DNA of 64,000 nucleotides from Schmidtea polychroa (taxonomy: Eukaryota). The stretch is taken from contig CM097885.1 in the NCBI GenBank assembly GCA_044892525.1, positions 13,208,001 through 13,272,000 of the forward strand, given 5' to 3'. The notes below the pieces were generated by a model. That model did no database searches, was not told the origin of the DNA, and worked only from the letters and a program-made list of their open reading frames with translations. The position numbers and the translations under genes are program-made. How positions within the stretch are numbered: position 1 is the first letter of the stretch; each line of letters opens with the position of its first letter. Below are positions 40,984 through 50,622 of this stretch, piece after piece.

Positions 40984-41208
40984 ATTTATAACAATATCGT
41001 CATTTCGGATTATAAACTATGAAACAATTAAAGTCTTTATTTAAACAAATGTATTTTTAAAAATGAACTTTTAAAGAAATACTTGACAAAATTGAATAAA
41101 TTATGCATCATTAGATAAGGAAAAGTTGATTTTCAAATAACAATGAAATAAAAATATCATATTGCTAGTTAACAGTTATGGCAAACCTTAAATATATTAT
41201 AATGAATC

Positions 41209-41981
41209 CAGTGGCGTAGCTAGAAATTTTGGGCCCCTATGCAATGAGTCATAGATACCTGATACATACACAAGTGAAATAAGTGCGGAGCACCATAGCG
41301 CCACAGGAAAAATTTTTTTTGGCCCCCTTTGGAAGCACAATTGAGTTAGACCAGGGTTTCCCAATCTTTTCCTGTGAGGGAACAGTTCGTAACTCTCGAA
41401 ATTTTGATGGAACACCTTGTTTATTTTGTACGGTATGAGACCAGTGGAGTAGGCCTGCCCAAGATTTTTTAAAGGGGAGGGGAAAGTGTTAATTGAAAGA
41501 AGGGCTTATAGTTACAGAGTAGTTTTTGGGCCGTAGGCAAAACATTTTTTTGGGTCCTCTTTGGAAAGACGATTTAATTAAATAATTAGAGCTCAATATA
41601 CAATATAACAGTATAAATCGTTATAAAATGATAGTGATGTAACAGGGACAAATGTGTATAGCCGACAAGCGAAACAAATTTTTCGACCCCTATATGCTTG
41701 CTTATACAGTATATTATTAGCGAGGAGAGGCAGAGGGGATTGCATAAATAGGTAAAATGCAGGTAAATAATGTACTTAATTCAATAAGTAAACAAACCAG
41801 TGGAGCTTTATTACTTCAAACCACAAATCGATCATTTGGAGATCCCGGTTGACTGGTGCCGACCGTGCCGTTGTTTGACATTGTTTACTGAAGAAAATTA
41901 AGGAAACTTGGCAAAAAGACCCCACTGTCTTGTGGGCCCCTGTGCATTGCTTACTCTTGCTATATGGTAGCTACGCCACTG
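41209..41981. mobile_element. hAT-type non-autonomous element
   Basis: TIR CAGTGGCGTAGCTA / TAGCTACGCCACTG with perfect 8-bp TSD AATGAATC. Confidence 0.9.
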
Positions 41982-42519
41982 AATGAATCACAAACAGAAG
42001 CACAAATACAATAAATTCTATGTTAATAAGTATTATAAGCCGCTTGTACATTGAAAAATTTTCTATTCATTCCAACTTGACATTTAACTGATCATTATCT
42101 CACTTGCTTTCTAATTCAAAGCTATTTTGTTGTTCACAACTATATATTACTTTTTATATTATTTAAAATCATTTCGATTTTGCTTAATTTTAATTATTTG
42201 ACATTAACTCTGGCTGTTTTAGAAAAACTTTTATGTAAATTATATTTTTAATAATTAATATTATCTTGGACTATTTTGGCTTTACCGATTTTATGAACAA
42301 TCAAACTACTTTGTCTACTTAAACTCTGAACGCGCTTAAAAATTAGATTCTTAATTTCGTGACAAACGAGTGGAAAATATAAAAACTTTAATTAAAAATT
42401 GCAGAAAAAATAATCAAAAATTTTTAAATTTGAATAATTTTTCAATAAAGTTTAATAATATTAAAAGGTCATTTTATTAAATACAATTTGTTCATAACCA
42501 CAATTTTAACTAATTAATT

Positions 42520-42746
42520 TTATTCTTTTTTAAGTTGTTCAGAATAACTCAAAACCTTTTTATACATTTCTCTAAGATCATCAACTTTAGGTATCTAAAT
42601 TGAAATCAAAGATTTATAGAGAATTTATACATAGTCTACTTTGTAATTCTGATCAAGATATATTCCTATATACATCCCAACAAGTACGCTTGCCTAAAAA
42701 GTTAAAAATTTAATATTCATAAAGTACTTACAATTGAACGAAGCAT
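42520..42746 (-). CDS. STMP1: Second STMP1-like microprotein, 47 aa (exons 42746-42732, 42693-42640, 42594-42520)
   Basis: GT-AG introns of 38 and 45 bp give MLRSIASVLVGMYIGIYLDQNYKIPKVDDLREMYKKVLSYSEQLKKE*. It has the same 54-nt middle exon and phase-0 introns as the copy at 36082. Confidence 0.87.
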
Positions 42747-43218
42747 TTGAATCTAACAGAAAGAAATTAAATGTTAATAAAAAAGTTTTAAAAAATATTA
42801 AAATACAATGTTTATTAACTTACATATTTAAACATTATAAAATATAAAAAATCATTTTGTTTTGTAAATGTAAATAAAATTATGAAGCAAACACTTTTTA
42901 ATAATTTATAAGAGATTTTTATTTATGTATATATATATATATATATATATTTGCTTCTTTAACTTAAAAAGAAGAATTTTAAAAGTTATTAAACAAATTT
43001 TATACATTGTAGGAAAATGAAAATTTGTATCTTACTATGGAAAATAAAACATTAAATAAATTTAATGAGCCAGTGTTTTAATTATTAAACTTATATTTAT
43101 TTTAATATATCTATTAATTCAAAATTAAGATGAATTTAATTAATAATTTAAAGATTTTCTTGCTTTGGTGTGGGTATAAGACTAATAACCAAATATTTTA
43201 TTATTTCTCATATTTTAG

Positions 43219-43608
43219 GAGGACTTTAAAGTAGTTATTACTGATAATTTGAGAACTGTTTATTTTAGTGATGGTATTTTGTATCAAGATATTAAAACGG
43301 GAGTTTTAATAGATCCTTCAAATGACAATTCTGATGAGTTAAAAGTAGTCATCTTTTTTTTAATAACATTATTAATTATAAATAATCAATTTTAGGTTTC
43401 GAGAAGAAATGAAACAAAATCCGAAGATAAAAATTGGATTCACTCATTTTTCACGAAAAGTTTCTATTTTGTATCAAGATCTGGAGAAATTATTGCAGAT
43501 TATTTTAGAATTACTAAGCCTAGATATCATAATTATTTATATCAACCGATCGTCAAGCGTCAACAATCAGGTCTTAATGACAAAAGTTATGGATCTTTTA
43601 TAAATTAA
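43219..43608 (+). CDS. FAM177-like protein (exons 43219-43344 and 43396-43608; first exon possibly from ATG 43037)
   Basis: Spliced translation contains LRTVYFSDGIL and SGEIIADYFRITKPRYHNY, resembling the FAM177 motifs RxIHFxDG and GExLAxxFGITxPKY. 51-bp GT-AG intron. Confidence 0.7.
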
Positions 43609-44679
43609 CGTAGAATGTATCGATTTAATTGTTGGTTTTGGTCGTTTTTTTCTGGTTTTGTGGATGGGATTTATTCTCATCTGACATTTTGATATTAATT
43701 CTGGTTGTGTTTCATTTGTTTTGGATTTATTGAGAATTATTTCAAATGTAATTTAGTTTATAATTTTGTATTATTAACAAGTGGTTAGAACAGGACACTC
43801 GTTAAGGTAAGTTATCAAATTTGGCAATAAAACATGTGTTATACCCACTGGCAATGAATAAGGTAGAGTGAGACAATTCTGCATTAGATTTTACTCATTT
43901 GCCTCCAAACTTACAATGAATTGCATCGGCTATAATATTTGAAAAATCAATATAACGCGAGCTGGCGATAAATGAAATGTTCTCACTGACCAAGGGAGCG
44001 TAATCAGGACCATTTAATTGTAGGTAAGAAATATTGCCAGCCGTAGTCATCATGCAATATGAGCTGTTGAATACTGTTATAGAAAACGGCAAATAAATAT
44101 AGTGTAGTTTAGCTTACCGCCAGTTTAAACCTTTAAAATGAACGTAAAGTGAATGAGAGTAGCAAGTGGAACATTTTGGGATTAATCTGTTGTATATGGT
44201 TTGTGTGAGTTCCTTTTATTCCTGTCAGTTAAGGATAATGTTATAGAAAATGCCCAGAAGTTTCTGTTATATTTTATTTAAAAACAGGTGGAATATTGAT
44301 TAATGGCGAAATATAAATTTTGATGTACAAATCGATAAAAATATACCCTTGGAAAAAGATATTCAAAAAATCGAAATTAATTAGAAATATTAGCTATTTG
44401 GGGAACTCGAGCGATAAATAAGAAAATAATGAAAAAAGGAAAACTCATATTCAAAATCCAGAAAAGGTTGACTTCCGTTGGGTTACATACCTTATTAATT
44501 TCTATAGAAGTGGTGCGTTACTGGTAAGCCACATTTTACCATTTAGTGATGTTTTCAGTGTAACCTAGAATACTAGGTTGCTGTACCACTCAATACCGGT
44601 TGGAACTGTATCAAATGGGTGAGTATTTGTGAAAATAACGTTTACGCTTGTATACTATCATCGGCAAGCACTCGAAAGG

Positions 44680-44925
44680 AGTAGTGAGGAATCTATGCAC
44701 CCCAGCACCCCCACCCTAAAAAAAAACAGCGCTATTGACCCATATTTTCCACATTTATGTGCTTTTTTACCCCATATTCTTCACTTTTTTTAACTTTTAA
44801 ACTTTGTCCCCTATTGCCATTAACCCTTAATTTCTTCCCTTAAAAGTAAAAAAGTTCGGAATAGATGTATTTATAGATTAGTAATTCCGAGAAAAGGTAA
44901 CGGGGTGCATAGATTCCTCACTACT
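44680..44925. repeat. Perfect 24-bp inverted repeat at the Polinton left end
   Basis: AGTAGTGAGGAATCTATGCACCCC (44680-44703) and its reverse complement (44902-44925). Confidence 0.92.
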
Positions 44926-45605
44926 TGGTCTTAAGGATTTAATGTTATAAGGATTTAATGTTATAAGAATATCAGATTACCTAATTCATAATGATCTAGG
45001 TCGCCTGATCACCTTAAGGTTTTGAAAGTTTTAAAAATAAAAAATTTTATGAAATAGTAAAACTGCTCTGAGAGGACAGTGGTTTTTTTTTTTTTTTTTT
45101 TCACTGTCCCCTCAACAGTTTTTTTTGATCCGGATCATTTTTTTTATTTATCAACCTCTTTCGTTTATCGAATCTCTTCCAATATACAAGCTGGCCAGAC
45201 TCATACATCAGAATCAATTCGATAATAGCAGCACACCTTATTATTCGCTACTCGCTCGAATACGATTTCATCGGCATTTTAAGTGTGCTGCTCGAAAGTA
45301 CAAATGAATTCGAAAGCGAATTCGAAAGAGGTCCGAAAACAACTGAGAAATAAATGTGCACATTACCGGGATCGATCCGGGGGTGTTCGAAAGACAGGTG
45401 GCGATAATTACCGGTTCGCCACCATCACCCGTTTCAATATTTTTTTTTTCATATTTATGTTTAAAAAATAAATAATTAATAAAAAAATAAAATAAAATAA
45501 AATAAATAAAATAAAATATACAAGTACTTTATAAATATAAGATACCCACACTATTTTCAATATTATTTTCAAATTTTTAATATTATTTTATGTTGAAAAA
45601 AAACT

Positions 45606-45678
45606 AACCTCAGATGTGATTTGAACCGCTATCCATTTGAACCACTGTGCCAGTCTATTCCCACTGCGCCATCAAGGT
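45606..45678 (-). ncRNA. tRNA-like Pol III unit 1
   Basis: A box TGGCGCAGTGG (45671-45661), B box GGTTCAAATC (45627-45618), partly pairing acceptor stem ACCTTGA/CTGAGGT, and a T8 run at 45603-45596. Confidence 0.6.
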
Positions 45679-45925
45679 TTGAATTTTTGTCATTTTTTAG
45701 ACTATAAATAATCGATTCAAGTTCTTTAACTCTTTCCTGTAATTGTTTCATTTTCTTCAATCTTATATCAGCAACATCTACAGCCTTCATATAAAAATGT
45801 CGATACTTTTCATTATCTACCATCAACTCTTTGATGTATTCTAATGGTTCTTCTTCTCTTCTTTTCATTCTCTTATGTTTAACTTCATTCAATTCATTTC
45901 TCATTCTTTCTTTTAACTCATCCAT
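45629..45925 (-). CDS. Small charged coiled-coil Polinton protein of unknown function, 98 aa
   Basis: ATG in the AAAATG context shared by other element genes; E/K/R-rich helical sequence. Its 3' end overlaps Pol III unit 1. Confidence 0.55.
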   Translation of the reverse strand: MDELKERMRNELNEVKHKRMKRREEEPLEYIKELMVDNEKYRHFYMKAVDVADIRLKKMKQLQERVKELESIIYSLKNDKNSNLDGAVGIDWHSGSNG

Positions 45926-46095
45926 TTTTATAAATATTTTTTTATTGGATATATTAATTTTTGGTAGCTTAAGTTAAAACGTTTTTGATCTTAAATTTCC
46001 AAGAGTTGCCGTTGACCAATCTCATTAAAAATTTGTACAAGTACTAAATCGAGTATGCTGATCAATATTTCGTTAAAAAAAAATTTGAAAAAAAA

Positions 46096-46168
46096 TGACC
46101 GAAATGGGATTTGAACCCATTGGTATTGGCAATGCAGTCGAGTGCTATTACCACTAAGCTATACTCAA
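46096..46168 (-). ncRNA. tRNA-Cys(GCA)-derived Pol III unit 2 (not a functional tRNA)
   Basis: TTGAGTA-TAGCTTAGTGGTAATAGC-A-CTCGACT-GCA-TTGCCAATACCA-ATGGG-TTCAAAT-CCCAT-TTCGGTCA followed by T8. D arm and T arm pair; acceptor and anticodon stems do not. Confidence 0.7.
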
Positions 46169-46328
46169 TATAAAATAAGTTGTTAATGTGTGACTATTTA
46201 TTGATGAAATTAATAATTAATTATTCATTTTCTCGACAACTACCACTCAGATCCATCTGAAAATTTAAATATATACTAAAATCAGTACGCTGAATCAGAT
46301 TCCGTTGAAAAAAATATCGATAAAAATT

Positions 46329-46401
46329 GACCAAAATCGAAAATTGAACCCGGTACTCCCGGTGATAAAATTGAAGCCTATTCCCACTCCGCTATAATGG
46401 C
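46329..46401 (-). ncRNA. tRNA-like Pol III unit 3
   Basis: A box TAGCGGAGTGG (46394-46384) and degenerate B box GGGTTCAATT. Ends ..GGTCA then T5. Its downstream flank is homologous to that of unit 2 (233-bp spacing). Confidence 0.55.
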
Positions 46402-46457
46402 TTACATAATATATTTAATTAATCCTATTTTGTGTGTGTAAATTTTAATATATAAAA

Positions 46458-47749
46458 ATGAATAACATAAATCTTAAAATTCAAGAAAAAAATAAATTAA
46501 ATCTTGATTATAATAAAGAATTTACTCATGAAATTCAAAAAATGATATTTTAAAAATCTCTCCAACTTCAGGATCTATTGCAAACTTAAATCGTAGGGGT
46601 GATATAGTTTTTCAATCTCTTCAAACATCAAACCCTATAGATATTTGTAATGCCAAATTATATTATAAAATCGAATTAGAAATTGAAGCAAACAAAGATA
46701 TAACCCTAGAAAATAATTTCTTTCCAAATTTATTCTCCAACATGAGATTAAAACTAGGATCATCAGAAATTGAAACTGTTTTGCATCCGGGAGTATATTC
46801 TACAATGTTAAATTTTATTTTGACTGGTTGTGATTATAAAAACGAATATGGTGAATTAACAGGTTGGATTCCTGATGTTAATAAAGGGGATTTAGATAAA
46901 GATGGTTTAGATGTAAACCATGGTTACCATAAAAGAGCTGAACTTTATAAATCTAAAAAATTTGAAGGTTATTTTGAATTAAAACACTTGTTTGGATTCC
47001 TTCAAAACTATAATCGTATACTTCATAATGTTTTTATAGAATTCATCTGTAATAGAGTAGAAGGTGATAAAAGATTGTTCTATGGAGCTGTAGATACAAA
47101 AGCTAAATTAAAATTATCAACACTTGAATTACATATACCTGAATGGACATTAAACCCACATTCTGAGATTAAACTCCTTGAAAGATTAAATTCCAACAAG
47201 TCTATAAATGTAAATTATTTAAATAGAATCTGTAGTGAATTTAGTATGACAGAGGGTTCAACATATTCTATAAAGGTAGCAAATTTAGCATACCGACCAA
47301 GATATATCTTGATTGGATTCAAAGAAGTAGATTCATCTTTCCAAAAAAATAACAACTTGTTTATTCAAAAGATTGGAGTTGATAATTTAAAAGCAATCCA
47401 AATTCAATTAAATAGTTCTTATTATCCAATAAATAGAATGGAATTTAATATTGAAAATAATGAAAACATATTCCCATATCTAAATTATATTGAAACATGT
47501 TATGATTTCAAAGTTGAACCGCAATTAAGTTTAGAAGATTTCAAAAATTTATATTCTATATTTTGTATAAATGTTTCAGACCAAGATGATCGCCTAGCCA
47601 TAAATAATGTTGATGTTACACTTCATGTAACAAAGGATTCTAATTTTAAAGCTAAAGTATATACATTAATATTAGAAGAAAAGAAAATAGAAATGAAATT
47701 ATATGGTGGAAAGATTTCAATAATCGAAAATGTTAGGGGAGATTCTTGA
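46458..47749 (+). CDS. Polinton major capsid protein (double jelly-roll, hexon-like), with a 1-nt frameshift in an A6 run at 46537-46542
   Basis: The frame of ORF 46742 is open from ~46541 (ISPTSGSIANLNRRGDIVF..LENNFFPNLFSNMRLKLGSSEIE..PG..STM). It also has LKHLFGF..Y, PRYILIGF, LNSSYYP and IFCINVS motifs of invertebrate Polinton MCPs. The likely start is ATG 46458 in another frame. Confidence 0.85.
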
Positions 47750-47778
47750 TATAATCCCTGATATTTTAACATTTTAAA

Positions 47779-49188
47779 ATGTCTCTAAATAAATATTGGA
47801 GATGTGAAAGTTGTAATTGTCAAGTTACAAGACATCATAAAGCAAGTCATTTAAAAACTAAAAAACATACAGGAGGTGATCTAATTCCACGAGCTGGAGG
47901 CGATTTGCAATCTTCAAAAACAACATCTTCAATATTAAAACCTTTTACTACAGAAAAATATCCAGGTGAAAGACATTTATTTAAACACAACTATACTGGA
48001 CCAGGAACACGTCTAGATATTAGATTAGATGAAAATAATAATCCCAAACAAGGAGAAGAACCAATAAATAGAATCGATCAAGCAGCTTTAAAACATGACA
48101 TTGCATACAATTCAACAAATCTTAGAGATAGACATGTTGCAGATGTGAATTTAATACATGATTTAAATAGTATCCAAAATCCATCAACCCTAGAAAAGAT
48201 TCAAAGAGCTCTAGTTAAATTAGCAATGAAAGGTAAGATTTTCATAGGCTTAGGACACAGTCCGATCACCATGGGTGCAAGACTTCCTAGGAAAGCAAAA
48301 GATGTTGCTTATAAAAAGATTATCGAACAAGCAGAGATTGAAAGATCCCTCGAGAGTACAGCCAAGACTAGTTTACAAACCCCAACAGAATCAGAAATAA
48401 AATATGCAAAGGAATTACACCATGAATTTAGAAAAAATAAAAAATATTTAAAAGTTCAAGTACATGAAAAAGATCAAACATGGTCTGCAGATTTAGTCTT
48501 TATGCCCAAATCATCAGACCCTGAAAAATATAAAATAATTTTAACTGTAATAGATTTATATACAAGATTTGCCTTTGCAAGATGTTTAGAAAATAAAACA
48601 GGATATTCTATTACAGAAGCATTTGAAAATATATTTGAAGAAAATCAAAGAATCCCAAAATATTTATGGTGTGATAAAGGAACAGAATTTTATAACAAAG
48701 TTTTTACAAAGTTTTTAAATGAAAATGATATTAAATTATATTCAACAGAAAACGAAGGAAAAGCAGTCGTAGTTGAAAGATTAAATAGAACATTAAAAAA
48801 TAAAATGTGGAAATATTTTACTGCTATTGGAAAACAAAAATGGAACAATGAATTGTTACAAAAGATTGTAAATGAATATAATAATGATGTACATAGTTCT
48901 ATAAAATTAACACCTTTAAATGCTTCCATGAAGCCTGAAACCATTAAAGTGGTAAATATTGAAAATGATGTTATTGAAAAACCAAAGTTTAAAATTGGTG
49001 ACCGAGTAAGAATATTTAAATATAAAAATAAATTTGAAAAAGGATTCACAGCAAAATGGACAAATGAAATTTTTATTATAAATAAAATACATTATACAAC
49101 TCCAATAACATATACCATCTTTGATTTAAATACTGAAAAAATATTAGGTAGATTTTATAATAATGAACTACAGAAAACAGATTTTTAA
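47779..49188 (+). CDS. Zinc finger - parvovirus-type phospholipase A2 (PLA2X) - retroviral-like integrase fusion, 469 aa
   Basis: CESCNC..HLKTKKH; NYTGPGT..PINRIDQAALKHDIAY..ADVNL (PLA2); WSADL..VIDLYTRF..WCDKGTEF..VERLNRTLK (DDE); KFKIGDRVRI..WTNEIF..FYNNELQ. Confidence 0.93.
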   Translation: MSLNKYWRCESCNCQVTRHHKASHLKTKKHTGGDLIPRAGGDLQSSKTTSSILKPFTTEKYPGERHLFKHNYTGPGTRLDIRLDENNNPKQGEEPINRIDQAALKHDIAYNSTNLRDRHVADVNLIHDLNSIQNPSTLEKIQRALVKLAMKGKIFIGLGHSPITMGARLPRKAKDVAYKKIIEQAEIERSLESTAKTSLQTPTESEIKYAKELHHEFRKNKKYLKVQVHEKDQTWSADLVFMPKSSDPEKYKIILTVIDLYTRFAFARCLENKTGYSITEAFENIFEENQRIPKYLWCDKGTEFYNKVFTKFLNENDIKLYSTENEGKAVVVERLNRTLKNKMWKYFTAIGKQKWNNELLQKIVNEYNNDVHSSIKLTPLNASMKPETIKVVNIENDVIEKPKFKIGDRVRIFKYKNKFEKGFTAKWTNEIFIINKIHYTTPITYTIFDLNTEKILGRFYNNELQKTDF

Positions 49189-49199
49189 GTCGACAAGGC

Positions 49200-50006
49200 C
49201 TAAAATAAACTTTTCCATATTTCAGCTTCTTCTCTATCCAAATAAATATAATTATATTTTTCTTTCCAATGATTATCAACAAACATATCAAACATATTCT
49301 TATCAGGTTCAACATTTGAAAATAAATCATTATAAATCATATTCTTATCACGGCGATCTAATTTAAAAAATATAAAACAATTGGAATTATTTCTTATTGA
49401 ATTTTTATCTAAAGCATAATATGTTTGAGATATATAAATAACATTACAATTATTATGTCGACCTCGTGTAAAGTAACTCTTTTGAATCTCTTGATTTTTC
49501 ATATTAACAACATCATCAAATATAACTAGATTCTTTTTATCTTTAGGAAGTAAATCACAATGTAAAACATCTTCAGGTTTATTAGAGAATAAAACTTGAA
49601 TTGCCTCCTGCCCTTCTTCACAAATATAATCATTTTTATTACTAATATCTGATTCTAAAATCTTTTCCTTATACCAATCAACCATATCACAAGGTTGAAA
49701 AACTTCTTCAGGACACCTATGTTGATTTTTAAAAATATCAATTATTGCTTTTTTAGTTAATTTATTTTCAAATCCTCATTTCAAAAGTTGTAATTCTGGT
49801 TGATTTATGGTTGTAGAATAAAAGATTAAATTATTATAATCTAAAAAATCATCTTCAAGTAACATTCTCAAAACAAGTACATTCTTTCCACATCCAGAAG
49901 AACCAACAATTAATAATCTAAAATTATCAGGAAATACTTTATTATTAAATTTACTCTTATGTCTATTTAAAATTGGTTTCCAAATTATTGGACTTCGTAC
50001 ATCCAT
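49200..50006 (-). pseudogene. Polinton packaging ATPase (A32/FtsK-like) with one in-frame TGA at 49778-49776
   Basis: MDVRSP..RLLIVGSSGCGKN (Walker A)..LLK*GFENK..LVIFDD (Walker B)..FTRGRHNN..ISQ..IRNN. The two track ORFs are in the same frame. Confidence 0.9.
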
Positions 50007-50021
50007 TTTGTTTATTATAAA

Positions 50022-50600
50022 ATGACAACTGAAGAATCTTTGCAAGAATTAATAAATTCAAATAAAAATAAATCAGTAGTAATTGATGGTAAAAAATATT
50101 TTATTGGAAAACATGTAAAAGAACAAGTTAGAGCGAAGCTCCACGAAGCTAAAGAAGGTGGCATTCTTCCATTAGCTGCTTTAATACCTGCAATCATTGC
50201 TGGTTTATCAGGTGCTGCTGGAATAGCTGGAGGAATTGCAACTACAGTTCAAAAAGCTAAAGAATCTCAAAAGACAGACCTAGAAAAAGAAAAACTACAA
50301 ACTGAAATCGATTCAATGAAGAAGGTAGGGCAAGCTAAAGGGGGAGTGTCCGTTGGAAAGGGTCTCTATCTTAATCCATATGAGGGGAGTCGGCAAAAGT
50401 CTCAGGGCAAAGGTCTCTATCTTGATCCTTATAAAGGTAGAGGTTTAAATGATTTTTTAAAAAATCAAATTTCTACATCTGAATCTTTATCTTCAAAAGA
50501 TAAAGAAGATTTAAAAAAAATATGTAAATCTTTAAAGAATGGATGCCTTTGTAAAACTAAAAATGGTAAAGGATTATACTTGAAGCCCTTCGAACTATGA
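50022..50600 (+). CDS. Adenovirus pX/core-protein-like Polinton structural protein, 192 aa
   Basis: GGILPLAALIPAIIAGLSGAAGIA resembles the adenoviral pX hydrophobic segment (GGILPLLIPLIAAAIGA). Three GKGLYLxP[YF] repeats. Confidence 0.7.
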   Translation: MTTEESLQELINSNKNKSVVIDGKKYFIGKHVKEQVRAKLHEAKEGGILPLAALIPAIIAGLSGAAGIAGGIATTVQKAKESQKTDLEKEKLQTEIDSMKKVGQAKGGVSVGKGLYLNPYEGSRQKSQGKGLYLDPYKGRGLNDFLKNQISTSESLSSKDKEDLKKICKSLKNGCLCKTKNGKGLYLKPFEL

Positions 50601-50622
50601 TACCATTTTTGATACCATTAAA

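Noticed and set aside
46096..46168. Functional tRNA-Cys gene
   Set aside because: Acceptor and anticodon stems do not pair, so it is kept only as a tRNA-derived Pol III unit.
46530..46550. Programmed -1 frameshift in the capsid gene
   Set aside because: The A run is not phased as a canonical X XXY YYZ heptamer in the upstream frame (CAA AAA ATG). A mutation or sequencing error is simpler.
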